NCBI RefSeq assembly: GCF_006345805.1
Contig: NC_043010.1
Span: 57,660,001 to 57,724,000, forward strand
Source of the DNA: Octopus sinensis
Lineage: Eukaryota
Direction of reading: 5' to 3'
Length of the DNA stretch: 64,000 nt
Position numbers and translations under genes: made by a program. Below, piece after piece: positions 26,897 to 41,093 of this stretch. Position 1 is the stretch's first letter, and each line of letters opens with the position of its first letter. Below the pieces are notes generated by a model that was not told the DNA's origin, did no database searches, and saw only the letters and a program-made list of their open reading frames with translations.

Positions 26897-27420
26897 TTGG
26901 AAAAAATCCACCTTTTATCAATTCAAAATGAAAAATTAAATTACACCATCTAGAAAATTACATATAATAGAAAAATTAAATATAAGATAAAAAATATAAC
27001 GATGATTAAGTAATGTGCAAAATAATAAAAAAAACATATATATTTGGTAGAATAACGACACGTATTTCGTGGCTATATTTAAGAAATGATATCATGGAGG
27101 CCATGATATCCTCCATGCTGTCTCCATCTCTTCAGTGTTCTGTAGGGATGGGCAGATAGAGTTTGTATACTGAGTGTGCCTCTAGGCTTCATCTGAGGGT
27201 CTAAATGGTTAGGAGAGTCGATACATACGAGAGTCAGTTACTAATAGGCACAGTATGTTTTTCTTATTGAAGAGGGCATCAGAAGAATAGGAGCAAGACT
27301 TGGAGTGTGAGAGGAGTCCAACTTAGCAAAATGGATTAGGCATAGGAAAGAGAAATATGTCATAGACTTCCAGTGATACCTTCCAAGATTCTTGTTATTT
27401 TGTCCAGTGGTGGATAGGTA
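26897..27420 (-). mobile_element. Penelope-like pLTR-type repeat with HHR (27054-27139)
   Basis: aaca-CTGAAGA-gatgg...(gatatcatgg cct ccatgatatc hairpin)...ccac-GAAA-TACGTG-TC-gtt; downstream 150 bp matches the arms of the 3749-4155 inverted repeat. Confidence 0.65.
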
Positions 27421-27576
27421 CATATATATACATATGTGTGTGTATATATATATATATATATACATATATATAAATATATATATATATACATACATATATA
27501 TATATATAGGTATATATACATATATATAAATATATATATATACATACATATATATATATATAGGTATATATATGTG

Positions 27577-27624
<48 letters not shown>

Positions 27625-28084
27625 TTGTTAGGAAAGGCATCCAGCGTGTAGCAATTTTGCTAGATCAGATTGGAGCCTAGTGCAGCCTTCTGGCTCGCCA
27701 GCCCTAAGTAAAACTATCCAACCCATGCCAGCATGGAAAGCAGGCATTAAAAAGATGATAATGATATATACATATATATGTATATGTATGTATAAATAAT
27801 ATATAATTATATACATAATTATATCAAGGTCTTGGCTTGTGTCTCACCATGCACTGAAAAATAGACATCAAAAGACACTATTACCACCATAAATTCTCTG
27901 AGAAAAACACACCACATAATAGGCTAGCAGAAGAAAGAAAACAAATTAAAACTTTTGGTTAACTGTGGACAGGATCGTGATTCAAGCTTAAAGTAATAAA
28001 AATAATTACCTACGTGCTGACCACTTGGTAAAAATCATTAACGATTTTTACCCTTTATTATATATATATATATATATATATATG

Positions 28085-28342
28085 TCCCATGCTGGTGGCA
28101 CATAGAAAGCACCATTCAAGCCTGGTCATTACCAGTACCACCTGACTGGCTCTCATGCTGGTGGCATGTAAAAAGCACCCACTACACTCTCGGAGTGGTT
28201 GGTGTTAGGAAGGGCATCCAGCTTTAGAAACTCTGCCAGATCGGATTGGAGCCTGGTGCAGCCTTCTGGCTCGCCAGTCCTCAGTCAAACTATCCAATCC
28301 ATGCCAGCATGGAAAGTGGACGTTAAATGATGATGATGATGA

Positions 28343-28345
<3 letters not shown>
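28085..28345 (+). mobile_element. SINE family B (partial copy also at 27628-27760)
   Basis: cactacactctcggagtggttggtgttaggaagggcatccagc...ggacgttaaatgatgatgatg. Confidence 0.85.
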
Positions 28346-28381
<36 letters not shown>

Positions 28382-28394
28382 TGTATGCATGCAT

Positions 28395-28540
28395 GTACGA
28401 TGCTCTTCTTTCAGTATTTGTCTACCAAATCCAAAAGAGTTTGGTCGGCCAGAGGTTATAGCCGAAGACTCTTGCCCAAGGTGTCACACAGAACTTTGTA
28501 GTTGGGAAGCAAGTTTCTTGCTACACAGCCCCACCTGTAC
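28395..28540 (-). mobile_element. SINE family C head
   Basis: ttctttcagt...ctaccaaatcca...cttgcccaaggtg...ttgggaagcaag. Confidence 0.7.
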
Positions 28541-29038
28541 CAATGTTTCTATCAATCATTCCGTACATCATCATCATCATCTCCCTGATTCAGTGTAGGT
28601 CAGTGGAAGCAGTGTGACATATCTCAGCCTCATCATCATTCGATGCAGCTGCTCTGCTAGCTTCATTGTCATCATCATCATCATCATCATCTCTACTACT
28701 ATGACCTCCATGATTATTGTCATCATAATTGTCATCATCAACATCACCTTTGTTGTTGTCATCATTGTCATCGACATCATCACCATCACCATTACCATCA
28801 CCATCATCAACATCACCACCATCATTGTTGTTCATTATAAACCTCCCTCCCATACACACCACCACCATCATCATCATCATCATCACCATCAGTTTCTGAA
28901 GTATGTCACGACACAATGAAAGGCTTTCATCAATCCCATTTTCAAACCAAAATACATCAATGCCACAACATCACCTTCCTCCCTGCCGCCAACACCATAA
29001 AGCCTGGGTCTAAACAAAAAATCAATTTATTATTATTA

Positions 29039-29077
<39 letters not shown>

Positions 29078-30465
29078 CCATTTTATCCGTTAACTTCTTT
29101 CTCTTCCTTATTCTCCCGAAAACTAAATCTAAAATTTGTTTCTTCAATCTTTTTAAATTTATAAATTTTAAAATCTTTTCAATATTTAGAATTTTTTTTA
29201 CCTAAACAAGTTACTTTTTTAAATGAAAACTGTTAAAAAATATAATAAAAAAGGATGAAAACATTTTGAGCAAATCCTTCAGAATTAGTAACGAGAATTA
29301 CTAAGAAGAGGGCAAGGTGGAGAGTAAGGCAGGCAACAAGGAGGAGAGTCAGGAGATAATGATAAGAATTAGACACAAGACTTTTGAAACATTTGTAACA
29401 GTTTTTTCCTTGTTTCTTGTTTTATATTCTTGGAGAGAATGTTAAAAATAGATTTTTGTCCACATCAAACTGGATTTTAAACTGAGAACTTTTTATTTCT
29501 CACAAAAATACTCACAAAATATGTGAGGCTTCTCTCAAAGAATTTGTGTGGAATAAAAAGAGAGAGAGAGAGAGAGAGATGAAAAATAAAACATAAAATT
29601 TATGAGTAAATAACAAATATCTGCAGCTGAGATATACACACACACACATCTATCTATACACCGACACACAGGTATATACATACATTCATACATATATATA
29701 TATATATATATACATACATACATACATACATACATTTATATATAAATATACATATATATATACATACACATACATAAATATATATATACATACACATATA
29801 TATATATATAGGTAGATACACATGCATGTGTGTGTCTATATATTATGTATATATATATATATATATATATACACATACACGCATATGTATATATACACAT
29901 GTATTCATGCATATACACATATGTATATATATATATATACACACATGTATCTCTCTCTCTCTATATATATATATATACACACACAAATATAGACACACAC
30001 ACATGTAAATGCAAATATATATATATATATATATACACTCACATATATAAAAACATAAGGAAAAACAAAAAATATATACATACACATACATAAATGCAAA
30101 TACATTTACACACATCCAAGACACACACACACACACACACACACCAGCACATAGATCTGTGTTTAACCTTTTATTTTTTTTGGTCTTCCCATCGCCCACC
30201 TGCCCACCCAACCCTTACCCCATCTTTCACACTCTCCTCCCCCCCGCCCACCCTCCACCTCTTGCACATCTTTCAAAAGAACCAGTGCAATATGGCTGCC
30301 GTCTAAAATGTCTGTGGACGACACAGGAACAAATAAGCAACGTGGATTTTATGTGTGCCAGTGTAGGGGAGGAGGGTATGCAATAGGGGTGACACTTTTC
30401 TTTACCTTTAGACATATATAGGTATATATATATATAGGTATATATATATATATATATATAATATA

Positions 30466-30500
<35 letters not shown>

Positions 30501-31429
30501 GGTATTTGTATGTATGTATATATATATATATGTATGTATGTATATATATATATATATATAGTGTGTGTGGTGTATATATATATATGTGTATTATACACGT
30601 ATGTATATATAATATATATAATATATACACATATGTATATTTATATATATATATATATATATACATATATATGCACATATATACATATATGTACATATGT
30701 ATGACTATATATATATATATATATATACATACAGATACATATGTACATATATATACATATACATTTATATGCATAAATATATTTACACACACACACATAT
30801 ATATATATACACGTACATACATATATATATATATATGCTTACAGGTATGTGTGTATATATAAAATATATACATATATATATATATACACACATCCACCAT
30901 CACGTCTCCCCCCCCGTCCACCCCTCCCTCTTTTTTATTTTTGGTAGGGCGGCTGTTCAGCCATTGAAACTAGTCATCAAGGAGGTTAATTGATGAGTTC
31001 ACATACTTTCGTGTTCATTATGGTTATACAGTATACTTTTCATATACACCGACATACATATACACCACACACACACACACACATATAATATACATCTTAT
31101 ACACAGACACACACACACACATGCACACACAAGTATGGTTTATTTCTTTATGGTATATTTTCTAATAGTTCTTGCTTGAATAATTTTTCACCATTTTCTT
31201 CTTCATATCGTTCCATTAGATACCATCTTGAATGTATTCAAATGGCAAAGAAGAAGAAGAAGAAGAAGATGGAAAAAAACTTGGAAGAAGAGAGGGAAAT
31301 GAGCTGTGTAGCATAGAGCAGTGCTGTGATGTATGGGGGTGCGTGGCTATAATGGCAGTGTGTGTGCGTGTGCCATTGGTGTCGTCTCTGTGCAGTGTGT
31401 GACTTGTGATGTGCAAAGTGTGATGTGTG

Positions 31430-31461
<32 letters not shown>

Positions 31462-32112
31462 CGTATGAAGAGTGGTGACTGGGGTGGAGGATGAGTATTG
31501 ATGCCGGCTGCCTAGATTCATGGTTTCCACCAAATATTCTTCAGCTATCAGATCCCATTAAATACACCAAAGAATAAAGTGTCTCCCTCCATTTATACAT
31601 ACATGCATACACACATGCACACACATGTACAAATACACACACACACACACATACACACACAGATATATACATATATACACACATATATATATGTATAAAT
31701 ATGTATATATATATGCATAAATATATAATTATAAATATATATATATATGCATATATATAAATATATACACATACATATATGTACATATATATATGTGTGA
31801 GTATATGTATATATGTTTTCATGTATATATATATGCATTGTGTAGTTACCATGTATGTAGATATATCAAGTATGGCACATATGTGCCATACATATACGTA
31901 TAATATATTTGCATATGAATGCGTATATGTAATTATGCATGCGTCTCTTCCTATACGTAAAGGTATATACATATACATACATATTAATAAGCATATTGTG
32001 CTATACATATACATACATGTATGTATATGCATATGTATATATATATGTTCATATATATATATATATATATGAAAGTATGTATGTGTGAGTATATATATAT
32101 GCATGTATATAC

Positions 32113-32149
<37 letters not shown>

Positions 32150-32174
32150 ATGTATATATATATATATATATATG

Positions 32175-32235
<61 letters not shown>

Positions 32236-32342
32236 CATACATATATACACACTCACAATGATAAAGAGAGATACTTTTATATGCAACTCAACACATTCTG
32301 TGAATAGTACTTCATAGTGTCTATGTGAAGTTATCTTTCAGA

Positions 32343-32379
<37 letters not shown>

Positions 32380-32516
32380 TACACACAGCTGCATATTTCA
32401 AAGTTTATCTATATCACCATTTATGTAAGTATATCTAACATCACTCTCACGCACTCACACAAAAACAAAATTATTGTCACCTCTATGTATGTATATATAG
32501 ATATCTATATACATAC

Positions 32517-32551
<35 letters not shown>

Positions 32552-33001
32552 CACAAATATATATACATACATATATATATGCACACACACACACACACAT
32601 ATATATATGTGCATGTATGTATATGACTCTATTTAAGACTGATGTATATCTATGAGCACTGAAAATGTTTCAATATTGAGTAGAGATCTGACTACATATG
32701 CACTGAATTCTATATTCCTCCATGTGTGTATGTGTGCATGGGTGTATGTACATACATACATATATGTGTGTGTGTGTGCATGCATATATATATATATATG
32801 TGTGTTTATAAGTATGTGTGTATGTTGTAAAGTGAGGATGAGATATGGCAGTCAGATGTCTCTATAAAAAGACCATTATGGTGAAAAGATGTATATCTTT
32901 AGTGGTGCTATATATATTATATACAAATATTACACCTCACACTATACATATATGCAAAAACACACACCGTGTTATGTATGTTTGTATGTGCCTGTGTGAG
33001 A

Positions 33002-33044
<43 letters not shown>

Positions 33045-33137
33045 ATAATAGTTTGTTACTGAATGTTTTGCACATAATATATATGACCTATCACTAAAGA
33101 TATACATCTTAATGTTATTATCTATCTATCTATCATC

Positions 33138-33175
<38 letters not shown>

Positions 33176-33630
33176 ATATATATATATATATATGTATATA
33201 TTACACATACACCCACACAAAATTTTTGTGATGTATAGATATAGATCATGCATACATACATACATACATGCATGCATATATATCCATGCGTGTATGTATG
33301 TGTGTGTGTGTGCATATATAAGCACACACACACACACACACACAGAGCAAAATGCATGGTAGTATAGAGCAAGTGTTAAAAGGACAGAGTACTCTGTTGA
33401 CAGAGTACATTTCTGTGTTAACAAGAAGCAAAAGTTTGGTCAGTCGGCCATTTCTGCCACTTTCACCATTTTAGAGCTAAACAAATGATTTCTGATAAAA
33501 CAATCCTTGTTTGTCCAGTTTCTTTTTATGTAATGATTGTGATGGGCACAAAACAATCGGGTCACTAACGCACACACAAATAGAAACATACATAAACACA
33601 CAGACACACACAGATACACACATACATATA

Positions 33631-34008
33631 CACTTGCGTCAGAAATTAATTAGCACTTCTCAAATTTCTACATTAAATAGGTTAAATCAATTAACCTATG
33701 AGCTGTTCAAAACGTCTTACGCGATGAGAAAACTTAGTATGGTGTGATTTCGGTCCTTGCGAGGCGCTACCTATATCTATTAAACAAAGGAAGATTTGTC
33801 TGCATCCGCACTCCAAGTTGTTGTTGCACTGCTATGTCAACATCATAAAGCTGTAGACTCTCAAACTGCTCTGCAAACAAAGTTACGTCATCGTTCTGCG
33901 CAACAGTGAACTCGCAACAAAGCAATAGTTCGAGATATGGCCACTAGGTGACAGCACATACCTAGTGAAGAGCAAATCAAGGGTGCTAATTAATTTCTGA
34001 CGGTAGTG
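33631..34008. mobile_element. Tc1/mariner-type MITE (378 bp) with TA TSD
   Basis: TIR cacttgcgtcagaaattaattagcac / gtgctaattaatttctgacggtagtg; TA at 33629-33630 and 34009-34010. Confidence 0.9.
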
Positions 34009-34150
34009 TAGTTATGTGGTAAGATGTGTGCTTTCCGCCACATGGTTCTAGGTTCAATCCCACATCATTGCACATTGGTCAAGCATTTTCTGTTAAAACC
34101 CTAAAGCATTGTAAGGGACTCACTTGACAGAAACTGAAAGAGGCCTGTCA

Positions 34151-34196
<46 letters not shown>

Positions 34197-34435
34197 CTGT
34201 AAGCATGTGTATGTGTGCACATGTGTGTCTTTGGAATATTTACATTTAGGAATCTGAGTTTCTGTGCAACAACTCTGTAATCAGTTCTCTTCATCCGCAT
34301 TTAGGTTAACTCAGTGTTTCTCAAAGGGGAGTGCCTATGGGACGGTCAGAGAAGTTGTTTTGAGAAAATTTGGTTTCAATGTTTGACAACTCAGCACCGT
34401 CCATTGGACGGGAGGGGAGGGTGCTCACATATATA

Positions 34436-34730
34436 TCATCATCATCATCATCATCGTTTAACGTCTGTTTTTTTATGCTGCCATGGGTTGGACAGTTTGA
34501 CAGAGGACTGGCAAGCCAGGAGGCTGCACTAGGCTCCAGTCTGATCTGGCAGTGTTTCTACTGATGGATACTCTTCCTAATGCCAACCACTCCATGAGTG
34601 TAGTGAGTGCTGTTTATGTTTCACTGGCACAGGGGCCAGAGGGGGCTGGCAACAACCATGATCAGTTGGTGCTTTTTACATTCCACCAGCATGGGAGCCA
34701 GTCAAGGTGGTGCTGGCATCGGCCATGTTG
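34436..34730 (-). mobile_element. SINE family B
   Basis: (cat)n-cgtttaacgtc...ggctccagtctgatctggcag...ccaaccactcc. Confidence 0.85.
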
Positions 34731-35957
34731 CCTCATCTTCATCTTGTGTCCCATTTCTCCTTATGTCCCAATGAAGAGGTTTTAACCTCAAAATATTGAA
34801 GAAATAGTTTTGTATTTTGTTCATTTTGCATCGAATTTACCTTTTAACATGTTTTGATCTAAAATACATCATTTGACATTCTTCTTTACATGCATACATG
34901 GAATGGATAGAATTTCTAGAAGCAGATATTTTCTACAGCTGGGTGCTCTTCCTGTTACTAACCCTCAACTCTTTCCAAAGAAGCTAATATTTCCCCATCG
35001 CTGACATGTTTTTCATGAAAGAATGGAAATGAACAGCACCACTTGAATAACAATGGTGCTCATTTACAACTATCACAGGATATACACACAAACACATACA
35101 CACATTCTTGAATCAATATTTGTGTATATATTTATATATATATACCTGAGAGCTGAATAAAACAGGAATAAAAAAAGAATAAAATCATAAATTATATAAC
35201 CCTTCTTCATTTTTGTATTTTGTTTGCAAGCTACTTGATGTGAATTTGTCAGTTGAAACAAATTTTGTTGTGTCTTTGGAAAGTCATTGCACCAATAATA
35301 ATAGCACACACTCACTGGTACAATATCACTTCTTTAAAGTTAGTCAATGAAGAGGTCATGAACACCAACAAAAGAACTTTAACTAGCAAACAGCTGATAC
35401 ATTTCGTTTTTGGATTTGGTTTGCAAGATTCTTTATATGAGTTCATGTGTTGAAGCATATTCTGTTGTGTCTGGGGAGAGTTATTTTCTTTTTGTGCCTT
35501 GACGCAACTGATTCATTGTTAAACCAGCGCATAGTACCAATTACCAGTTATTTAGTTGGTGAGATATTTCATCCATTGACTAACAATAAAGAAGTAAAAT
35601 TGAAAGTGTGTGTGTATTATTATTGGCATTATGAATCTCCTAAACTCCCACCACCACCACCACCAGAATATATATAATGTTCACATGTCTAATTAATGAA
35701 TACTAGTATGTTATGCAATGGCCATTATGTAGATGATTGTATAATCACATTGAAATACCAGATCTTCAGAAGAAAATAGGAATTTAATCCGTTATTATTT
35801 ATTGACATCAGAAGGTTTCATATTTTAAGTTGTTGTGGGTTAATTATCCTTAATACCTGATTGGAATTTGGATATACAAGTATGTACATGGAGTTCTATG
35901 CATTGGTTAAATGCTATGGTATTCTATTTGATACAGAAGGTCTTGAAGATATATATA

Positions 35958-36422
35958 TCATCATCATCATCATCATTGTTTAACTTCCGCTTTCCATGCT
36001 TGGTGAGCCAGATTGCTGCACCAGGCTCCAATCTGATCTGGCAGAGTTTCTACAGCTGGATGCCCTTCCTAATGCCAACCACTCTGAGAGAGTAGTAGGT
36101 GTTTTTACATGCCACTGGCACAAGGGCCAGTCAAGCAGTATTGGCAACGGTCATGCTTGAATGGTGTTTTTTATGTGCCACCTGCACAGGAGCCAGTCCA
36201 TTTGCACTGGCAATGACCTCATTAGAATGTTGTTTTTCATGTGCCACCAGCACAAGTGCCAGTAAGGCAACACTGGTAACGATCATGCTCGAATGGTGCT
36301 TTTTACGTGCCACTGGTATGGGAGCCAGTCAGTGGCCCTGGCAATGATCACTCTCAGATGGTGCTCTTAACATTCCACTAGTATGGATGCCAGTCAGGCA
36401 GTGCTGTTATCGGCCATGTCAG
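35958..36422 (-). mobile_element. SINE family B with ~6 internal ~52 bp tandem units
   Basis: Repeated gtg(c/t)ttttta(c/t)gtgccac...gccagt...ggcaa(c/t)ga...gaatg units at 36095-36422. Confidence 0.85.
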
Positions 36423-36663
36423 TGAATATATATATATGTTGTATATATATATGTATATATAGATAATATATATATATATATAATATATATATAATGTATA
36501 TATATATGTATATATATAATGTATGTTTCTATGTGTATGATTTTGTGTATTCACACAACACACACACATGTATATATATTCAAATGGAAAGAATAGAGCA
36601 GGTAGAATCCAGGCTACATAGGTTTCCTAGCAGAACCTTGGAAGTAATAATTATTCAACAAAG

Positions 36664-36784
36664 AGTACTCTACTAGTTACTCATTAGGCCAAAGATACCT
36701 TAATTCTATGGGATTCCTTAACAACAAGGTAACCTTCATATAACTATGGTATCTTTGGTCTGATGATTAACTAGAGAAGTACTC
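36664..36784. repeat. Inverted repeat, ~36 bp arms
   Basis: gagtactctactagttactcattaggccaaagatacc / ggtatctttggtctgatgattaactagagaagtactc. Confidence 0.75.
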
Positions 36785-36868
36785 CCCGTCACTTAGCGGT
36801 TTGGCAAAAGAGACTGATAGGATAAGTACTAGGCTTACAAAGAATAAGTCCCGGGGTCGAGTTGGAAT

Positions 36869-36912
<44 letters not shown>

Positions 36913-37414
36913 AATACTTCATAAACGACCGAAGCCGTATTAGTTCAAAATGGCATTCTGCATATCATACTTAATACCTGAAAACTGTGGGATTTATCTC
37001 AAGAAAGCATCTTGTAAAGACTTATGGTGTTTTAAAACACAGAAGTATGACTGTAGCAGATGAAAAGTGTCCAACAGAAGTGAAGGTTGTTTGTTAATCA
37101 CTGTTATTCTATATCAGTGGAGGTTAGATTTGTCTTAGCATGCAGCAACCTATGGACACTTGCTATTGATGATGTTCAAAAATGCAGAAATACATCTATA
37201 GCAATCCCACCATTGCTTCTGATGTATTTCTGTAAATGAAATGGCAAGATAGATAACCGAATGGAAATGCATTCTTTGGTGATGGTTACTCTGAATTCTA
37301 TTGGGGAATTGGTGTGAAAGTGGCTGAGTATTCCACAGACATGTCTGCTCATGATGCAATTTTCATGCCAAACGAAATCACACAGTGACATGGCTAGTCC
37401 TTTAAGTTACCAAT

Positions 37415-37454
<40 letters not shown>

Positions 37455-37957
37455 AGTGTATTGGTTTAGTTGTTCATCTTTATTTATCTAAAGAATGAAA
37501 GTAAAGTTGACTTCAGCAGGATTTGAAACTGCACAGCCAGAATGAAACTTGCAAAACATCCTACTGATAGTTTATTCTACCAATGTGGCATGTCTGCATT
37601 TAGTAATGTAAATATATATATTTGTAAATGCATGTGTGGTGTGTGTGTGTGTGTGTTGTGTGTGTGTGAGTGAGTGAGTGTATTCAGATATATTCATACT
37701 ATTTATATGTATACAGTGGAATAGATAGATATATAAATGTGTGTGTGTGTCTATATATACATACATATATAATATACATATCTGTGTGTGTTTAATGTAC
37801 TTATGTGTATGTATTTATGTATACATGTGGATGTATGCTGTTCTGTATACCTATCGAAAAATATGCACATCTGTCTTCAAACACATACACACATCTACAA
37901 ATACACACATCTACAAACAGGCACAAACAAATGCAGTAGCAAATACATTCACACACA

Positions 37958-38004
<47 letters not shown>

Positions 38005-39314
38005 CTCACATCTACATACACATACCCGAGCAGATCTACCTTCAAGTTTCAGCATTCACACATCTACACACATATATTTGTAGAGACCCACACACATCTA
38101 AGCAAGTATTCCCTCTCCCATACACACCTGCACACAGACACATATCATCATCAATAATACAGCATGTTCCGTACATGCCCGTCTATATACCAACCTGCAT
38201 ATACATGCATATTTCAACAAACGGTGCTGCCACCACCACCACCACCACCATCACCACCACCATACTGATGTATAAAAGATAAAGATCACAAGGTGAGGTT
38301 TACATCAAAGATGACCAGATCCAATCTGTTTCAGCCACACTCTTTCTCTCTCAAGTGGTTACATATGATCCAGCGTGTAAATATAAATATAAATATATAT
38401 ATATATATGCATACATACATACATAGTATACGGCCGACCACATAGTGGTTTGCCCTTCAAATATATACATACATATATACGCACACATACTCTCCCGTTG
38501 TCCCCTCATGCCTCTGGCTGCTCCATAATTACATCTTACGTCCACCCAGATTCTACGTCCATATACCTTTCAGCTTTTCACTCAACAAATTTTACAGATC
38601 TATATCTATGGGTGTATATGCATTCACATGCATATACACATGCTTATATATCTTTGAGTGTAAGCATGTATATAGAATGAGAGATAAAAAGATAAAGGGA
38701 TGCATATATAGATGCATAGAGATATGTGTATATATATGCACTATGCTTATACACACACACACACATACAAATAAACGCATACACACACAGACATATGAGT
38801 AGATATATGCTCACTTCAAAGCATAAATTTATGCCTATAGACCTCAGCATATACACACTTGCATCATCATATACTCACTGCAACAAATATACACAAACAA
38901 ATGAAATATCAAAAAGATCATAGAAACCATGCAGTATATATACTGTAAGGTCTAAATCTCTCTCTCTCTCTCTCTCTCTCTGTTTCTGTCTTTCCCTATA
39001 TGTGTGTGTGTATGTGTGAGTGTATGTATGTATGTATGTGTGAGTGTATGTATGTATGTATGTATGTATGTATGTATGTGTGTGTGTGTGTGTATGTATA
39101 TATGTATGTATGCATGTATGTATGTATGTATGTATGTGTGTATGTATGTATGTATGTGTGTATGTATGTGTGTGTGTATGTATGTATGCATGTATGTATG
39201 TATGTATGTGTGTATGTGTGTATGTATGCATGTATGTATGTATGTATGTATGTATGTATGTATGTATTCATTTGTATCTATCTGTCAATCATTCTGTCTA
39301 TCTATATCTATCTC

Positions 39315-39360
<46 letters not shown>

Positions 39361-40130
39361 TTATATATACAACAATCCTTCACCATATCGCGGATCACCT
39401 CTCGTGGTTTATTATTTAAGCTGACGTCAGTTCCTCAATGGTGTTATTTTGCATTTATAATCAAATAAATATATACAAATTATAAGGATAACGAAAATAA
39501 TTTCCAGTAGAGTACTGTTTCTACTTCATGGATTTTCACCTACTGTGGTGTGTTTTGGAATGTAAAACCCGTGATAGTCAAGGGATTACTGTATATATAC
39601 ATGTACATGTGAGAATGCATGGCCTTGTGGTTTGGTTGATGACCACAAGTTCAATGCCTGCAATGGGCAGCCTTTGACAGAGATACTTTACTTTATGTCA
39701 CTCTAGTCTGTGGTGCAGCTCCCTCTTTTCCCCTTCCTTCAACTGGCCCTTTCAGGACTATATCTAAGCTGAGCCACCTCTTATGAATGATCTGGTATGG
39801 TCTACTAGTTTGCATCCCACTTTCACAAGCTATTTCAGGACCCTGCATTTCGACAAGTAGACAAAGGTATCTGCTGAGCTCTTGATCCAATGGGACATTA
39901 AATATGTGAAAAGTGGAGGGAGAGAGTGAGCTGCAGCAGCACTTTGGTGGCTACTCATTTCGAATTGAGCTGATGGGAGCAACATGAAATGAAGTGTCTT
40001 GCTCTAAGGAACAATGCACTGTTCAGACTAGAGAGTGAACCTATGATGTTAAGATCAACACCCTAGCAACACCATAATGTGCCCTCATATTTTATACGAA
40101 AATATATATATATGCATATATATGTGCCTC

Positions 40131-40227
40131 TGGTCAGCAGGTCCGATGAGTCACCTGTTTTGCTAAGAGCAGCAATAATAGATGTGAAACCAAAGATAGC
40201 CTTCTGACTGGTCATTGCCAGTGACTA
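40131..40227 (+). ncRNA. HHR motif with CCGAUGA core and long stems II and III
   Basis: gcaggt-CCGATGA-g t cacctgtt ttgct...agcaa t aatagatg t-GAAA-cca...tgg-TC-attgc, outer tggtca/tgacta; flanked by (TA)n. Confidence 0.6.
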
Positions 40228-40246
40228 CAGAATATATATGTGTGTG

Positions 40247-40285
<39 letters not shown>

Positions 40286-40350
40286 TGGAGTAAACACATA
40301 AATGTGAAACAAGGTGGAAAAAAGAGTACTCAAATACCAGTGGTAGAGTA

Positions 40351-40483
40351 ATATGCTTTATTTAAAGCAGCAGAAAATTCAACAAAACCTGTTACTCTAG
40401 CAAAAACTGTCCGATGAACGGCAACAGGAAACTCAGAGTAACAGGTTTTGTTGAATTTTGTGCTGCTTTAAATAAAGCATATA
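40351..40483. repeat. Inverted repeat (~48 bp arms) enclosing an HHR motif at 40407-40444 (+)
   Basis: atatgctttatttaaagcagcagaaaattcaacaaaacctgttactct versus its reverse complement; ctgt-CCGATGA-acggcaacag-GAAA-ctc a gag-TA-acag. Confidence 0.85.
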
Positions 40484-40514
40484 TATATATATATATGTAT
40501 ATATATACATACAT

Positions 40515-40582
40515 ACAGGATGTCCCGAAATTAGGGCAATCAAAGTTTCTGGCTTTAATAACTATCAATAAATGTGCTAAGG
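40515..40582 (+). mobile_element. Solo end fragment of the Tc1/mariner family seen at 44383-45763
   Basis: caggatgtcccgaaattagggcaatcaaag...ggctttaataactatcaataaa matches the reverse complement of 45700-45763. Confidence 0.75.
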
Positions 40583-40629
40583 GCAGACTCGTAAATCAAC
40601 ATCAAAACCTACAGTCCGTTATGCTTTGA

Positions 40630-41071
40630 GCAGCTGAGACAGCCACTGGAAGGTCTTCCCTCATTTTTGTGTCCTTTTGTGTTAAAATTAACAGACAGTG
40701 CTACATTAGTGACATTCTGGAAGCTGAACTGTAAAATTCTCTTGACTGTTCTTTGAGCTACTTCTTCAATGCAGTTTTCACTTCCTCAAACCCTCTGTCA
40801 TGGGGCCGGAGAGATGATAGTCCATTGATGAGGAAGTGAAAACTGTAGTGAAGAAGTGGCTCAAAGAACAGTCAACAGAATTTTATGGGGCAGGGATACA
40901 TGCTCTCATTCGAAGGTGGAACATTGCTATTGAGAAAAACAGTGACTATGTTGAGAAGTAGGGATGTGATCCACAGAGGACCAGTTTCATTTTGATGTAT
41001 GATACATGTTCCTGGCGTTGGCAATCATACCTGTCCTAAACAATATGGCATTACTTTTTGACTTACCCTCG
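40630..41071 (+). mobile_element. mariner transposon 3' remnant with internal inverted duplication
   Basis: DEEVKTVVKKWLKEQSTEFYGAGIHALIRRWNIAIEKNSDYVEK* (40826-40960); right TIR ggcattactttttgacttaccctcg followed by TA. Confidence 0.85.
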
Positions 41072-41093
41072 TATATGTATATATATATATATA

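Noticed and set aside
31510-31548. Minus-strand CTGAAGA-10 nt-GAAACCATG
   Set aside because: Stems and cleavage triplet do not fit in register; likely chance
32886-33110. 21 bp inverted repeat aagatgtatatctttagtggt / atcactaaagatatacatctt preceded by GAAA
   Set aside because: Too short and no CUGANGA core; at most a very decayed remnant
36095-36422. Regularly spaced repeats resembling a CRISPR array
   Set aside because: Units are diverged tandem copies without unique spacers, inside a eukaryotic SINE; no cas genes
36975-37020. CTGAAAA...GAAAGCATCTTGTA HHR-like
   Set aside because: G8 missing and stem III/stem I do not pair
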